A DNA stretch of 64,000 nucleotides from an uncultured delta proteobacterium (GTDB taxonomy: Bacteria; Myxococcota_A; Polyangia; Polyangiales; Polyangiaceae). Below, one piece after another: positions 55,065 to 64,000 of the stretch; position 1 is the stretch's first letter; each line of letters begins with the position of its first letter. The stretch lies in the NCBI GenBank assembly GCA_963850305.1, contig CAWKKR010000011.1:352001-416000 (forward strand). The letters run 5' to 3'. A model generated the notes under the pieces. The model had not been told where the DNA came from. It saw only the letters and a list, made by a program, of their open reading frames with translations, and made no database searches. The position numbers were made by a program, and so were the translations under genes.

Positions 55065-56990
55065 GTGAAGCAACCGCATAAGACGCTTCTTCTTTGGGTC
55101 GTTCTCATCGTCGCGTTTCTCGCGATCTGGCAGTTCCTGAACGCAGACGGTCCCCAGCGGCAACCGATGGCGTTCAGCGATTTCGTCACGCTCGTTCGGG
55201 CGCCGAAGGATCAGCGCCACGTCGACTCGGTGAAGATCAAGGACCGCGAATACTCCTTCACGATGGTCGCGCCGAACCAGAAGGGCGTGGAGCGCGGCGT
55301 CACCGTCGGACCCCCTGAGTATGCACCCGAGCTTCTCAAGTCCGACGTCAAGGTCGAATACGAGGAAGACGAGTCGAACCCGTTCCTGACCACGACGCTC
55401 ACCATCCTCGTCCCGATGGTGTTCCTCCTGGTCATGTTCTACTTGTTCATGCGTCAGCTGCAGGCGGGCGGCGGCAAAGCCATGAGCTTCGGCAAGAGCC
55501 GCGCGCGGCTCTTGAATGAGGCTCAGAACAAGATCACCTTCGCCGACGTCGCTGGAATCGACGAAGCAAAAGACGAGGTCGAAGAGATCATCGCGTTCCT
55601 CAAGGATCCGAAGAAGTTCCAGAAGCTCGGCGGTCGGATCCCGAAGGGCGTCCTCATGATGGGCCCGCCCGGCACCGGGAAGACGCTGCTCGCGCGAGCC
55701 ATCGCGGGCGAAGCAGGTGTCCCGTTCTTCAGCATCTCCGGTTCCGACTTCGTGGAGATGTTCGTCGGCGTGGGGGCGAGCCGCGTTCGCGATCTGTTCG
55801 AACAAGGCAAGAAGCACGCGCCGTGCATCATCTTCATCGATGAGATCGACGCCGTCGGCCGTCACCGTGGGGCGGGCCTCGGCGGGGGGCACGATGAACG
55901 CGAACAGACCCTGAACCAACTCCTCGTCGAGATGGACGGGTTCGAATCGAATGAGGGAGTCATCATCATCGCAGCGACGAATCGACCCGACGTTCTCGAT
56001 CCTGCGATTCTCCGGCCGGGTCGCTTCGACCGTAGGATTGTCGTGCCCCGACCGGATGTGCGGGGGCGAGAGGGCATCCTGGGTGTCCACACGAAGAAGG
56101 TGCCCCTCTCAGGCGACGTTCAGCTCGGCATCCTCGCCGCGGGGACGCCCGGTTTCGTGGGAGCGGATCTGGAGAACCTCGTGAACGAAGCCGCCCTCCT
56201 TGCCGCGCGTCAAGACAAGGACGCCGTGGCCATGGTGGACTTCGAACTGGCGAAGGACAAGGTGCTCATGGGAAGCGAGCGGCGAAGTCTCGTCATGAGC
56301 GAGGAGGAACGGCGAGTCTCCGCATGGCACGAAGCCGGGCACACCCTGGTCGGCAAGCTCGTCCAGGGCAACGACTCCGTGCACAAGGTTTCGATCATCC
56401 CGCGGGGCTCGGCCCTCGGCGTTACGCAGTTCTTACCGCTGGAAGATCGCCATACGATGACCAAGAAGCAGCTCCTCGCGCGCATCGCGATGGCGCTCGG
56501 CGGTCGAGTGGCAGAGGAGCTCGTCTTCGGAGAAATCACCAGCGGTGCCGCAGACGATATCAAGCGAGCAACGCGAATGGCGCGGGCCATGATCTGCGAG
56601 CTGGGAATGAGCGAAAAGCTCGGACCGCTGGCGTACGGCGAACAGGAAGAGAACGTCTTCCTCGGTCGCGAGATCACGCAACGGCGAGAGGATTATTCGG
56701 AAGCGACGGCGAAGGAGATCGACGAGGAGATCCGCGCCATCGTCGACGGCCAGTACGAACTGGCGCGGAAGACGGTTGCCGAGAACCGCGACAAGCTCGA
56801 CCGGATCGCCGAGATGCTACTGGAGCGCGAGACGTTGGACTCCGAGGAGATCGCCGCCGCTCTCGACGGGCGCCCCCTGCCAACGCGCGATCGAGTGATC
56901 ATCCCGAGCTGGAGCGACAAACGCAACCAGACCAAAGAGAAGAAGCGCCCCGCTAGCATTTTCGGGACGCCGAAGCCGGCTACCAGCTGA
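55065..56990 (+). CDS. ftsH: ATP-dependent zinc metalloprotease
   Basis: Two TM segments, [16 protein letters not shown] (ATNRPD..D.A..RPGRFDR) and HEAGH. Confidence 0.97.
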   Translation: MKQPHKTLLLWVVLIVAFLAIWQFLNADGPQRQPMAFSDFVTLVRAPKDQRHVDSVKIKDREYSFTMVAPNQKGVERGVTVGPPEYAPELLKSDVKVEYEEDESNPFLTTTLTILVPMVFLLVMFYLFMRQLQAGGGKAMSFGKSRARLLNEAQNKITFADVAGIDEAKDEVEEIIAFLKDPKKFQKLGGRIPKGVLMMGPPGTGKTLLARAIAGEAGVPFFSISGSDFVEMFVGVGASRVRDLFEQGKKHAPCIIFIDEIDAVGRHRGAGLGGGHDEREQTLNQLLVEMDGFESNEGVIIIAATNRPDVLDPAILRPGRFDRRIVVPRPDVRGREGILGVHTKKVPLSGDVQLGILAAGTPGFVGADLENLVNEAALLAARQDKDAVAMVDFELAKDKVLMGSERRSLVMSEEERRVSAWHEAGHTLVGKLVQGNDSVHKVSIIPRGSALGVTQFLPLEDRHTMTKKQLLARIAMALGGRVAEELVFGEITSGAADDIKRATRMARAMICELGMSEKLGPLAYGEQEENVFLGREITQRREDYSEATAKEIDEEIRAIVDGQYELARKTVAENRDKLDRIAEMLLERETLDSEEIAAALDGRPLPTRDRVIIPSWSDKRNQTKEKKRPASIFGTPKPATS

Positions 56991-57416
56991 ATCCCGTCCG
57001 GAGGCCCCACGCGCGGCGCCAGATGTCCGGACGACCCGATCGAGCGGGCGAGCGAACCTGGCTGAGGACGAAAGCACCGTCCGTGGCAAATTGTCGTTTC
57101 CGTTCGGCGGTCAGGCCAACGGAACCGCCCTTCCGGTCTCCGTAGACTCGGGCACCTCCGCGGTTCGAGCGCGTCGCGTGCTGCGAGGATGGAGCCCTGG
57201 CTCGCCCTTTGCTGTCCCCCCTCGGAGCGAGTGATCGCCACGAGAGCCGACTTTCGGCTGTCGCATCCGAACCTGGAGGAGCTGATGATTCGTTCGACAC
57301 AACCGCTGCCCGAGGCTCCGCCGCCGCGAACTCGGGAGCTTCGGGCCCCGACAATAGGCCGTTCCGAGGCACCAAGACATCATCGCAGTGAGGAAGCGCT
57401 CGGGCCTTCGAGAGGA

Positions 57417-57809
57417 ATGGCTCGACGCGAGCTCTGGCGCGCCTGGATGGCCCTGCCCTTCTTCGCGGCGTTCGTCGCATGCGCCGGTTCTCCGCCGCCG
57501 ACGGCTCGCATGGCGTCCGCGGAAGCAGCCGTCCGTGCCGCCCACGACGTGGGCGCGGAACGAGTCCCTGAGGCGCAGCTCCACGTGAAGCTGGCCGAGG
57601 AACAAATTGCTCGCGCCCGCACCCTGATCAATAGCGGCGACAATCAGCGAGCGGATCTCATGCTCCGGCGAGCCAACGCTGACGCCGAGCTCGGCGTGGC
57701 GCTCGCACGCGAAGATACGACGCGCGATCAGGCGCAGCGAATCATCGATCAAGCGCACGACATTCAGCAGCGAGCGCCGCAGCCAGACGACCATCAGGAG
57801 GAACGATGA
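57417..57809 (+). CDS. DUF4398-like lipoprotein
   Basis: Lipobox FVAC and A..A...GA...RA.ADAEL. Sits directly upstream of an OmpA gene. Confidence 0.8.
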   Translation: MARRELWRAWMALPFFAAFVACAGSPPPTARMASAEAAVRAAHDVGAERVPEAQLHVKLAEEQIARARTLINSGDNQRADLMLRRANADAELGVALAREDTTRDQAQRIIDQAHDIQQRAPQPDDHQEER

Positions 57810-57853
57810 CCACTCGCGCAGCGCGCTCGAACCGAGAACCGAAGGAGGATTTT

Positions 57854-58732
57854 ATGAAGCCCATCTATCGTCTGTTCTGCGCGAGCTCCATGGTGTTCGC
57901 GGTCGGCGGGTGCGCATCCACGCCGATGCCACGCGAGCTGCTCGACGCTCGGGCCGCGTATGCGGAAGCCAAAGGTGGCCCCGCAAGCCAACTGACCCCT
58001 GCGTCTCTTCGCGACGCGAAGGTTGCCCTCGACCAGGCGGAGCGTGCCTACTCGACGGACCAAGACCCGTTGACGACTCGAGACATGGCCTACATCGCGG
58101 AGCGCAAGTCCCAGTTGGCCGAAGCCCAGGGGGCCGCAGCGGTCTCACGCCAGCAAGCCCAGATCGCGATGGAACAAGCGCGGCTCGCGCGGGCGCAGGC
58201 GAGCATGGGCGCTCAGAGCGAGCTCTCGCAGGCGCGCCAGCAGCTGGCAACGACCTCCGAAGAACTCGCGAAGGAACGGGCTGCGCGGGAGGCCGCCGAA
58301 AAGAAGGCGCAGGACGCACTCGACAAGCTCGCGGCCGCATCCGGAAGCAACGTGAAGACGGAGCCTCGTGGCACCGTCATCACCATGTCCGGTCAAGTGA
58401 TGTTCGCGGTCGGAAAATCGGACCTCCTCAAGGGGGCACGCGACCGACTCGATCGGGTGGTAACGGCCTTGAAGGATCAGGGCGACCGCCAGATCCTGGT
58501 CGAGGGCCACACGGATTCACAAGGAGCGGAACAGATGAATCTGGATCTCTCTCAGCGGCGCGCGGACAGCGTCCGGGAGTACCTCATCTCGAAGGGCATC
58601 CCCGATGACCACGTCAGAGCCGTCGGTGCCGGCGACTCGAGCCCGGTCGCGACCAACGACACCGCGGTCGGACGGGCGGCGAATCGTCGCGTCGAGATCA
58701 TCGTGGAACCGCCGGAGCAACCGACGGAGTGA
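57854..58732 (+). CDS. OmpA-family lipoprotein with DUF4398/coiled-coil N-terminus
   Basis: Lipobox VGGC, EGHTD, LS.RRA.SV and N.T..GRA.NRRVEI. Confidence 0.92.
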   Translation: MKPIYRLFCASSMVFAVGGCASTPMPRELLDARAAYAEAKGGPASQLTPASLRDAKVALDQAERAYSTDQDPLTTRDMAYIAERKSQLAEAQGAAAVSRQQAQIAMEQARLARAQASMGAQSELSQARQQLATTSEELAKERAAREAAEKKAQDALDKLAAASGSNVKTEPRGTVITMSGQVMFAVGKSDLLKGARDRLDRVVTALKDQGDRQILVEGHTDSQGAEQMNLDLSQRRADSVREYLISKGIPDDHVRAVGAGDSSPVATNDTAVGRAANRRVEIIVEPPEQPTE

Positions 58733-58807
58733 CAATTCCTGTCTCCGGATACCCTCGGGCCGCTCGCGCGAGCCCGAGGGTGTCGTTTCTGTAGGACGAG
58801 TAACCCG

Positions 58808-59143
58808 TCAAACTGACTTGCCGTGGGGCGTCACGTGGATTCGACAATCCCAGTCGGCCGCAACACTTCTCACTTCACGCTCGATGGCGCACATCAGCCG
58901 CTCCGCACGAACGTCGAGCTCCGATCGCGAACCCGCGAGCTCGATGCGCAGTTCCCGAACCGGAGAATAGCCGAGCGGACGGGCGAGACCGGCTTCGGGC
59001 CAGGTGTCCCGATCCTCGGCTCCTTCGTCCACCGGAGCCGCCTCAGCAGGCACCGTGTCTCGCAACTCGAGCTGTTCGCCGTCGGTCCACAATGCAGCGG
59101 CAACCGCCCTCATCCAACCCACGAAATAAACGCGCACGAGCAT
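58808..59143 (-). CDS. Small hypothetical protein
   Basis: ggaga RBS before the ATG; same strand as the upstream two-component genes. Confidence 0.5.
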   Translation of the reverse strand: MLVRVYFVGWMRAVAAALWTDGEQLELRDTVPAEAAPVDEGAEDRDTWPEAGLARPLGYSPVRELRIELAGSRSELDVRAERLMCAIEREVRSVAADWDCRIHVTPHGKSV

Positions 59144-59251
59144 GGCACTTCTCCAACCACGGCACCGGAGCGTCGTGGTCGGATTCGTGACACTGCACGA
59201 CGCGTGCCCTCGACACGTCGCCCCGGCTCTGTGCGCCTGACCAACGGGTCT

Positions 59252-59977
59252 TCAGGAGGAGACGAACGCCGGAACGAACAAGGTGAACCGAGCGCCGACC
59301 GTGCCGGGTCGCCCAGGCGGCAACGTGCTCTCTCCAGAGGTCACGCCTCCACCGTGGGCAACGAGGATATCGCGCGCCACGGAGAGTCCGAGCCCCAGTC
59401 CACCTCGCGTCGTTCGGACGACGAACCGTTGATAAAGAGTCGCCGCCGCTTCCCTCGATACCCCTTCGCCGTCGTCTTCCACGACGACGCCGAAGGCGGC
59501 CCCGGTGGTTTCCAGCACGACGCGCACGGAGCGCCGCGCATGCGCCATCGCATTGCTGACCAGCTCCGCGACGGCGCGTCCAAAGAGCCGGGGATCGACG
59601 CTGATCGGATACTCCATGGGAGGCGGGTCGAACGCAACCGTGACCTCGCTTCGAGGTTCGGTCGAGAGAATGGCATCCACGCTGCGTCGCACGACATCGC
59701 GGAGATCACAGCGCTGCAATGCCGGCTCGAGGCGACCCGATTCGAGATCCGACACGACCTGCAATCGATCGACGAACGCCTCGAGGCGACGGATTCCGCG
59801 CGCCCCAAGCTTGAACAGCGTCCGTTGATCGGTGGTGGCGGTTGTCGCGAGATCGCTCTCGAGCGCTTGGAGCGCATGCAACACGACTCCGAGCGGCGAT
59901 CTCAAGTCGTGAGCCGCCCGCGCGAAAAAGTCGGCGTACCCGGCGCGATCGACGCGCGAAGGATCGTCTTCTGGCAC
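59252..59977 (-). CDS. Histidine kinase core (HisKA + HATPase) without a sensor domain
   Basis: AHDLRSPL, EL.SNA, DDGEG and GLGLGL. Confidence 0.88.
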   Translation of the reverse strand: MPEDDPSRVDRAGYADFFARAAHDLRSPLGVVLHALQALESDLATTATTDQRTLFKLGARGIRRLEAFVDRLQVVSDLESGRLEPALQRCDLRDVVRRSVDAILSTEPRSEVTVAFDPPPMEYPISVDPRLFGRAVAELVSNAMAHARRSVRVVLETTGAAFGVVVEDDGEGVSREAAATLYQRFVVRTTRGGLGLGLSVARDILVAHGGGVTSGESTLPPGRPGTVGARFTLFVPAFVSS

Positions 59978-59978
59978 T

Positions 59979-61436
59979 TTACTGCTCTTCTTCCGTCCCG
60001 TTTGCCTTCGACGTCGACCGGCCCATTTTCCGATAAAGCGTGCGCCGATTGAACCCGAGTATCTTGGCCGCTCGCGACTTGTTCCCGCCTACGAGGGAGA
60101 GGACGCGCTGCATGTAGCGGCGTTCGAGCTCGGCGGCCGTGACGAGCTCGGACGGATCATCGGCGGAGAGCACGAAACGTTCCGCCTGATAGTTTCGGAT
60201 CTTCTCGGGCAGATCATCGACCATGATCGAATCGAAGCGCATGAGCGCCACGGCGCGTTCCATGGAATTCTCGAGCTCGCGCACGTTCCCAGGCCAATCG
60301 TAGGCCGACAGCTTCTCCGCAGTAGGCGTCGCGATTCCCTTCACTTCTTTGGCAGCTCGAGCGGCTGCTCGTGCCGCGAAGTGCTGGGCAAGCAACAAGA
60401 CATCGCCTCCCCGCTCGCGGAGCGGCGGGACCTCAACCGCGACGACGTTGATGCGATAGTAAAGGTCTTCCCGGAACCTCTTCTCGAAAACCTCGGTCTC
60501 GAGATCTCGATTCGTCGCGGCGACGATGCGCGCGTCGAAGGGAACCTCGTGGTTGCCTCCCACGGGCCGTACCTTCCGCTCCTGCAGACTCCGGAGCAAC
60601 TTTGGCTGCATCTCGAGCGGGAGTTCACCGATTTCGTCCAGAAAGATGGTGCCACCGGTTGCTTGCGCGAAAAGCCCGGTCCGCGCGGTTTTTGCGTCGG
60701 TGAAGGCTCCGCGAACGTGTCCGAACAGCTCGCTCTCGAGAAGACTCGCCGGCATCGCCGCACAGTTGATGGCGAGGAACGGGCCGTGTTTTCGGTTGCT
60801 CTGGCCATGAATCGCCTTTGCGACCAGTTCCTTGCCCGTGCCGCTTTCGCCCGTGATGAGAACGGTGGCTTCCGTGTCACTGACTCGAGTGATCAGATCG
60901 AACACTCGGCGCATGGCGACGCTCCGACCGATGATGTCGTCGAATCCCTGTGGAGTTCCGGCCGCGCGACGAAGGCGCTTCACTTCCTCCTGAAGACGAC
61001 GGTGGCGGAGAGCCCGGTCCACGGTGAGACCGATCACGTTGGCATCTACGGGCTTCGTGACGAAGTCGTAGGCGCCGGCACGGATCGCCCCGACGGCCGC
61101 TTCCATGCTTCCATAGCCCGTCACGACGACGACGGGGATATCCGGCCGAATGCCGATCAGGCGCTCGCAGAGGTCGAGGCCACCCAGATCCGTCATGTTG
61201 AGGTCCGTCAAAATGACGTCGAAGTCCTGCTCGGCAGCGAGTTCGAGCGCGTCGTGAGCGGAAGTGCGCCACACTACATTGTGCCGACGCTTGAAGATCG
61301 TTTCCAGCAACTCGCACGCCGTCTGATCGTCGTCGACAATCAGAAGCCGGCCTGGCTCGTCGTCAGCGACGAATCCCGTCCCACGTTCGGTCGGGACCAC
61401 CTCGCTCTGCTCGCTTGGTGGGGTCGCAAGTTGCAT
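59979..61436 (-). CDS. Sigma-54-dependent response regulator (NtrC/AtoC family)
   Basis: REC domain, GESGTGKE, ELFGH, GAFTDA, LDEIGE, WPGNVREL and a Fis-type HTH. Confidence 0.95.
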   Translation of the reverse strand: MQLATPPSEQSEVVPTERGTGFVADDEPGRLLIVDDDQTACELLETIFKRRHNVVWRTSAHDALELAAEQDFDVILTDLNMTDLGGLDLCERLIGIRPDIPVVVVTGYGSMEAAVGAIRAGAYDFVTKPVDANVIGLTVDRALRHRRLQEEVKRLRRAAGTPQGFDDIIGRSVAMRRVFDLITRVSDTEATVLITGESGTGKELVAKAIHGQSNRKHGPFLAINCAAMPASLLESELFGHVRGAFTDAKTARTGLFAQATGGTIFLDEIGELPLEMQPKLLRSLQERKVRPVGGNHEVPFDARIVAATNRDLETEVFEKRFREDLYYRINVVAVEVPPLRERGGDVLLLAQHFAARAAARAAKEVKGIATPTAEKLSAYDWPGNVRELENSMERAVALMRFDSIMVDDLPEKIRNYQAERFVLSADDPSELVTAAELERRYMQRVLSLVGGNKSRAAKILGFNRRTLYRKMGRSTSKANGTEEEQ

Positions 61437-61560
61437 TACAGATCCTGTTCCAACCATCAATGGCGGGCCCTCTCGTATCTCGGGATCTCTTACTCTGTTA
61501 GCACGCGCCGGGAACAATGCGCCAAATCGACCCAGCCCGGTCCGGGAGGCGTCCAAATCG

Positions 61561-62022
61561 TCAACCCGCGGCCACCTGGAACATGCGGCTGGTCGTCTGG
61601 TCGAATGCCTCCTCTCGCGCCGGCGGCCTCGATGTACGGCGGATGACGATGAGCCCCCGCGCGAGCGACTCCGCTCGAAAGTTCACGGCGAGGCCCACCG
61701 GGAGGCCCGTCAAGCGAAGCCGAGTTCGAAGCGCCGACCGATGTGGCGACGAGATCGATTCGGCGACGATCACGTCCACGGCGATCTTTCCGGCGACGCA
61801 GACGTCGATCCGCAGAGCGGCATCCATTCGCACTCCTCGATAGAAAATGGGGACCGGGACGCGTCGCTGGAATGACAGCTCGCGGTGTCGGAGTTCCTGG
61901 CACAGGGCGATCTCGTAGACGCCGGGCTCGAGGCCCGAACCGAGACGACGATGAACCTCGTGGCACGCCTCTATGGTGACGCGTTCGAGTTCCGCGATAC
62001 GTGGATCGTCCGGCGGTTCCAT
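61561..62022 (-). CDS. GxxExxY-family protein, degenerate
   Basis: EVHR.LG.GL...VY..AL..EL...P.FYRG...RID...GL.VNF. Confidence 0.78.
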   Translation of the reverse strand: MEPPDDPRIAELERVTIEACHEVHRRLGSGLEPGVYEIALCQELRHRELSFQRRVPVPIFYRGVRMDAALRIDVCVAGKIAVDVIVAESISSPHRSALRTRLRLTGLPVGLAVNFRAESLARGLIVIRRTSRPPAREEAFDQTTSRMFQVAAG

Positions 62023-62175
62023 GAATGTCCCCTCGGTCGGCATTCCGCCGGGTTGCGACTTCTTCTGTACTCCAACCCCGGCGTTCGAGTCCTTGGCGCA
62101 ACCGGTCCGGTGCGGGCCCAGCTGACGCCGCGTCCGCAACTGATTGGCCGGAATCGACCCCGGCGATCTCCGGCG

Positions 62176-63615
62176 TTAGGAGCCCGAAGCCTTCGCAATT
62201 TCCAGCGCTCGCGCGAGCAGCACCGACGGTTCGTTCTTGGCTGGGTCATCCAGGACCTCATCCAGCAGCCTTCGCAAAATCTCTCCATAAAGGGGTCCCG
62301 GGGGAACACCGAGCGCGGAGAGGTCCCGACCACCGATGGAGAGGTCGCGGATCGTCAGAGCTGCACCCGCGGCGCAGACATGGGCGACGTGCGCCATCAG
62401 GCCTTCGAGCCGCGCGAGGTCGTCGGTCGCGTCGCGCCCCTTCCCGAGCACGTCAGCGCGATTCAACGCGTACAGCTCCTCGACCCGTTCAGGACCCACG
62501 CGACGCATCCAGCGGCGCACCGCGGCGTCGGTCCACGACGAGTCCCAGCAGATGAGGTGGTGTCGAACCAATGCCACGATGCGATCGCGGTCGTCGTTCG
62601 AGAACCTCAGGCGCTCGAGAAGAGGTCTTGCCATCTCGGCGCCGATGCGCTCGTGCTCGTAGAATGTGTAGTCTTGGGTCTTCTCGCTGAACTCTCTCGA
62701 GCGAGGCTTGCCGACGTCGTGAAGGAGTCCCGCAACGCGTAAAATTGGGGTCTCAGGGCAGGCGTCCATGCAGTGCATGGCGTGACCCCAGACGTCGTAC
62801 GCGTGGTACCGGTTCTGCTCGCATCCCACGGATTCGAGCAATTCCGGCGCAGTGATGGCAAGAAGACCGTGATCCTTCATCACCTCGAAGGCCCGGCTCG
62901 GTCGCCGTGCCTTCATCGTCTTCAGCCACTCGTCGCGGACCCGCTCGGCGCTCACTTTCCGGTACGAGGCGAGCGAGGGCTCCATCGCCCTAGCCGTCCC
63001 TTCATCCAGAGATAGCTGCAATGTCGCGACGAACCGCGCGGCCCGAAGAACTCGAAGTCCATCTTCGGAAAACCGTTCCATCGGGTTTCCGACCGCGCGG
63101 AGCAAGCGGTTCGTCAGATCATCGGCGCCGCGGAACGGGTCGATCAATCGATCCTCGAGCGGGTCGTAAGCCATCGCGTTGATCGTAAAATCTCGACGCG
63201 CCAGATCCGCGACGATGTCGTCCACGAAGTGAACCGAGTCCGGGCGTCGCCCATCCGAATACGATGTCTCGCCCCGCAACGTCGTGACTTCGTAACTCTC
63301 ACCATCGACGAGGACGGTCACGGTCCCGTGCTTGATCCCGGTGGGGATGACGCGAGAAAACAGCTCCTGCACGCGCTCCGGACGCGCATCCGTGGCGATG
63401 TCCCAATCGCCTGGCGAGGGATGTTCGTGGGACACGGCATCCGCGAATAGGTCGCGTAACAGAGCGTCTCGAACGCCGCCGCCGACCAGCCACGCGCGGT
63501 AGCCTGCCTCCGAGAGACGGACGCATAAGGCACGGGCCGCCTTCGGGAGGGCCAGGCGCAACGTCGACGGAACGATCACGAGCGGTTTTCTACTTGCTCC
63601 AGCACGCGAAGGCAC
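62176..63615 (-). CDS. cca: tRNA nucleotidyltransferase / poly(A) polymerase family with HD domain
   Basis: LVGG.VRD, DWDIAT, DL.RRDFTINA, EDGLR.LRA.RF, ERV.DE and LLHDVGK. Confidence 0.88.
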   Translation of the reverse strand: MPSRAGASRKPLVIVPSTLRLALPKAARALCVRLSEAGYRAWLVGGGVRDALLRDLFADAVSHEHPSPGDWDIATDARPERVQELFSRVIPTGIKHGTVTVLVDGESYEVTTLRGETSYSDGRRPDSVHFVDDIVADLARRDFTINAMAYDPLEDRLIDPFRGADDLTNRLLRAVGNPMERFSEDGLRVLRAARFVATLQLSLDEGTARAMEPSLASYRKVSAERVRDEWLKTMKARRPSRAFEVMKDHGLLAITAPELLESVGCEQNRYHAYDVWGHAMHCMDACPETPILRVAGLLHDVGKPRSREFSEKTQDYTFYEHERIGAEMARPLLERLRFSNDDRDRIVALVRHHLICWDSSWTDAAVRRWMRRVGPERVEELYALNRADVLGKGRDATDDLARLEGLMAHVAHVCAAGAALTIRDLSIGGRDLSALGVPPGPLYGEILRRLLDEVLDDPAKNEPSVLLARALEIAKASGS

Positions 63616-63624
63616 GTGAGCCCA

Positions 63625-64000
63625 TCATTTTGCCCAGGGGTTCACGATATCGCCGCCGCCGAGACTCACCCCGCTGCTCGGCGCACGCCGTACGGTCACC
63701 GTGCGCGGGCGCTGCAAGGGCGCGACGTGTTCACGGGAAAGCGTGACGAGGAGCTTCGATTCTTTTCCGTCGAGCACTACCGAGCGGGTCACGTATCCCG
63801 TCCGCCGGACCTCCACGTGCACGGTCTCGCCGTCGGCGATGTCGATAACGACCGGGCTCGTCCCGAGGCTCTTTCCGTCGCGGTAGATTTCCGCATCGGG
63901 CGGCTCCCCGGCGACGGCGACCGACGTCCAGACTGCCGCAGGCGTGGCTGCCTTTGCAGGAACCGCCAGCGGCGCGGAACTGGCGCGCGGAGACGGCACC
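63625..64000 (-). CDS. C-terminal PEGA-domain part of a gene starting beyond the window (likely a Ser/Thr kinase tail)
   Basis: P.DA.I..DG..LG.SP...V...GY and terminal IVNPWAK. Confidence 0.7.
   Translation of the reverse strand, partial: VPSPRASSAPLAVPAKAATPAAVWTSVAVAGEPPDAEIYRDGKSLGTSPVVIDIADGETVHVEVRRTGYVTRSVVLDGKESKLLVTLSREHVAPLQRPRTVTVRRAPSSGVSLGGGDIVNPWAK

Noticed and set aside
57055..57085. ctgaggacgaaa resembling a hammerhead ribozyme core
   Set aside because: There is no room for stem II between CUGANGA and GAAA, and no convincing flanking stems.

Overview
This high-GC window looks like Myxococcota/Polyangiaceae DNA, judging from its cysteine-rich lipoproteins, ECF/FecR modules, Uma2, PEGA and FHA proteins. 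Housekeeping genes include an rlmD-like gene, cimA, typA, a double-length uvrA, an msrB-msrA fusion, smpB, lipB, mnmA, tilS, ftsH and a CCA-adding enzyme. The main accessory locus is a biuret/allophanate nitrogen-salvage operon (BMP-type ABC transporter, biuH, cupin, atzF) bracketed by two unrelated outer-membrane beta-barrel genes. There are two ECF sigma/TPR anti-sigma/small beta-barrel modules. Non-coding highlights are a ~125-bp long-hairpin repeat family with compensatory base changes (three copies, at two sites directly after stop codons), an IS91-like transposase scar, and a higher-order 21-bp tandem array beside an orphan gene. Four genes carry single-base frameshifts, most likely long-read assembly indels. 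No rRNA, tRNA or CRISPR array was seen. All family assignments come from motif recognition by eye; no database search was run.
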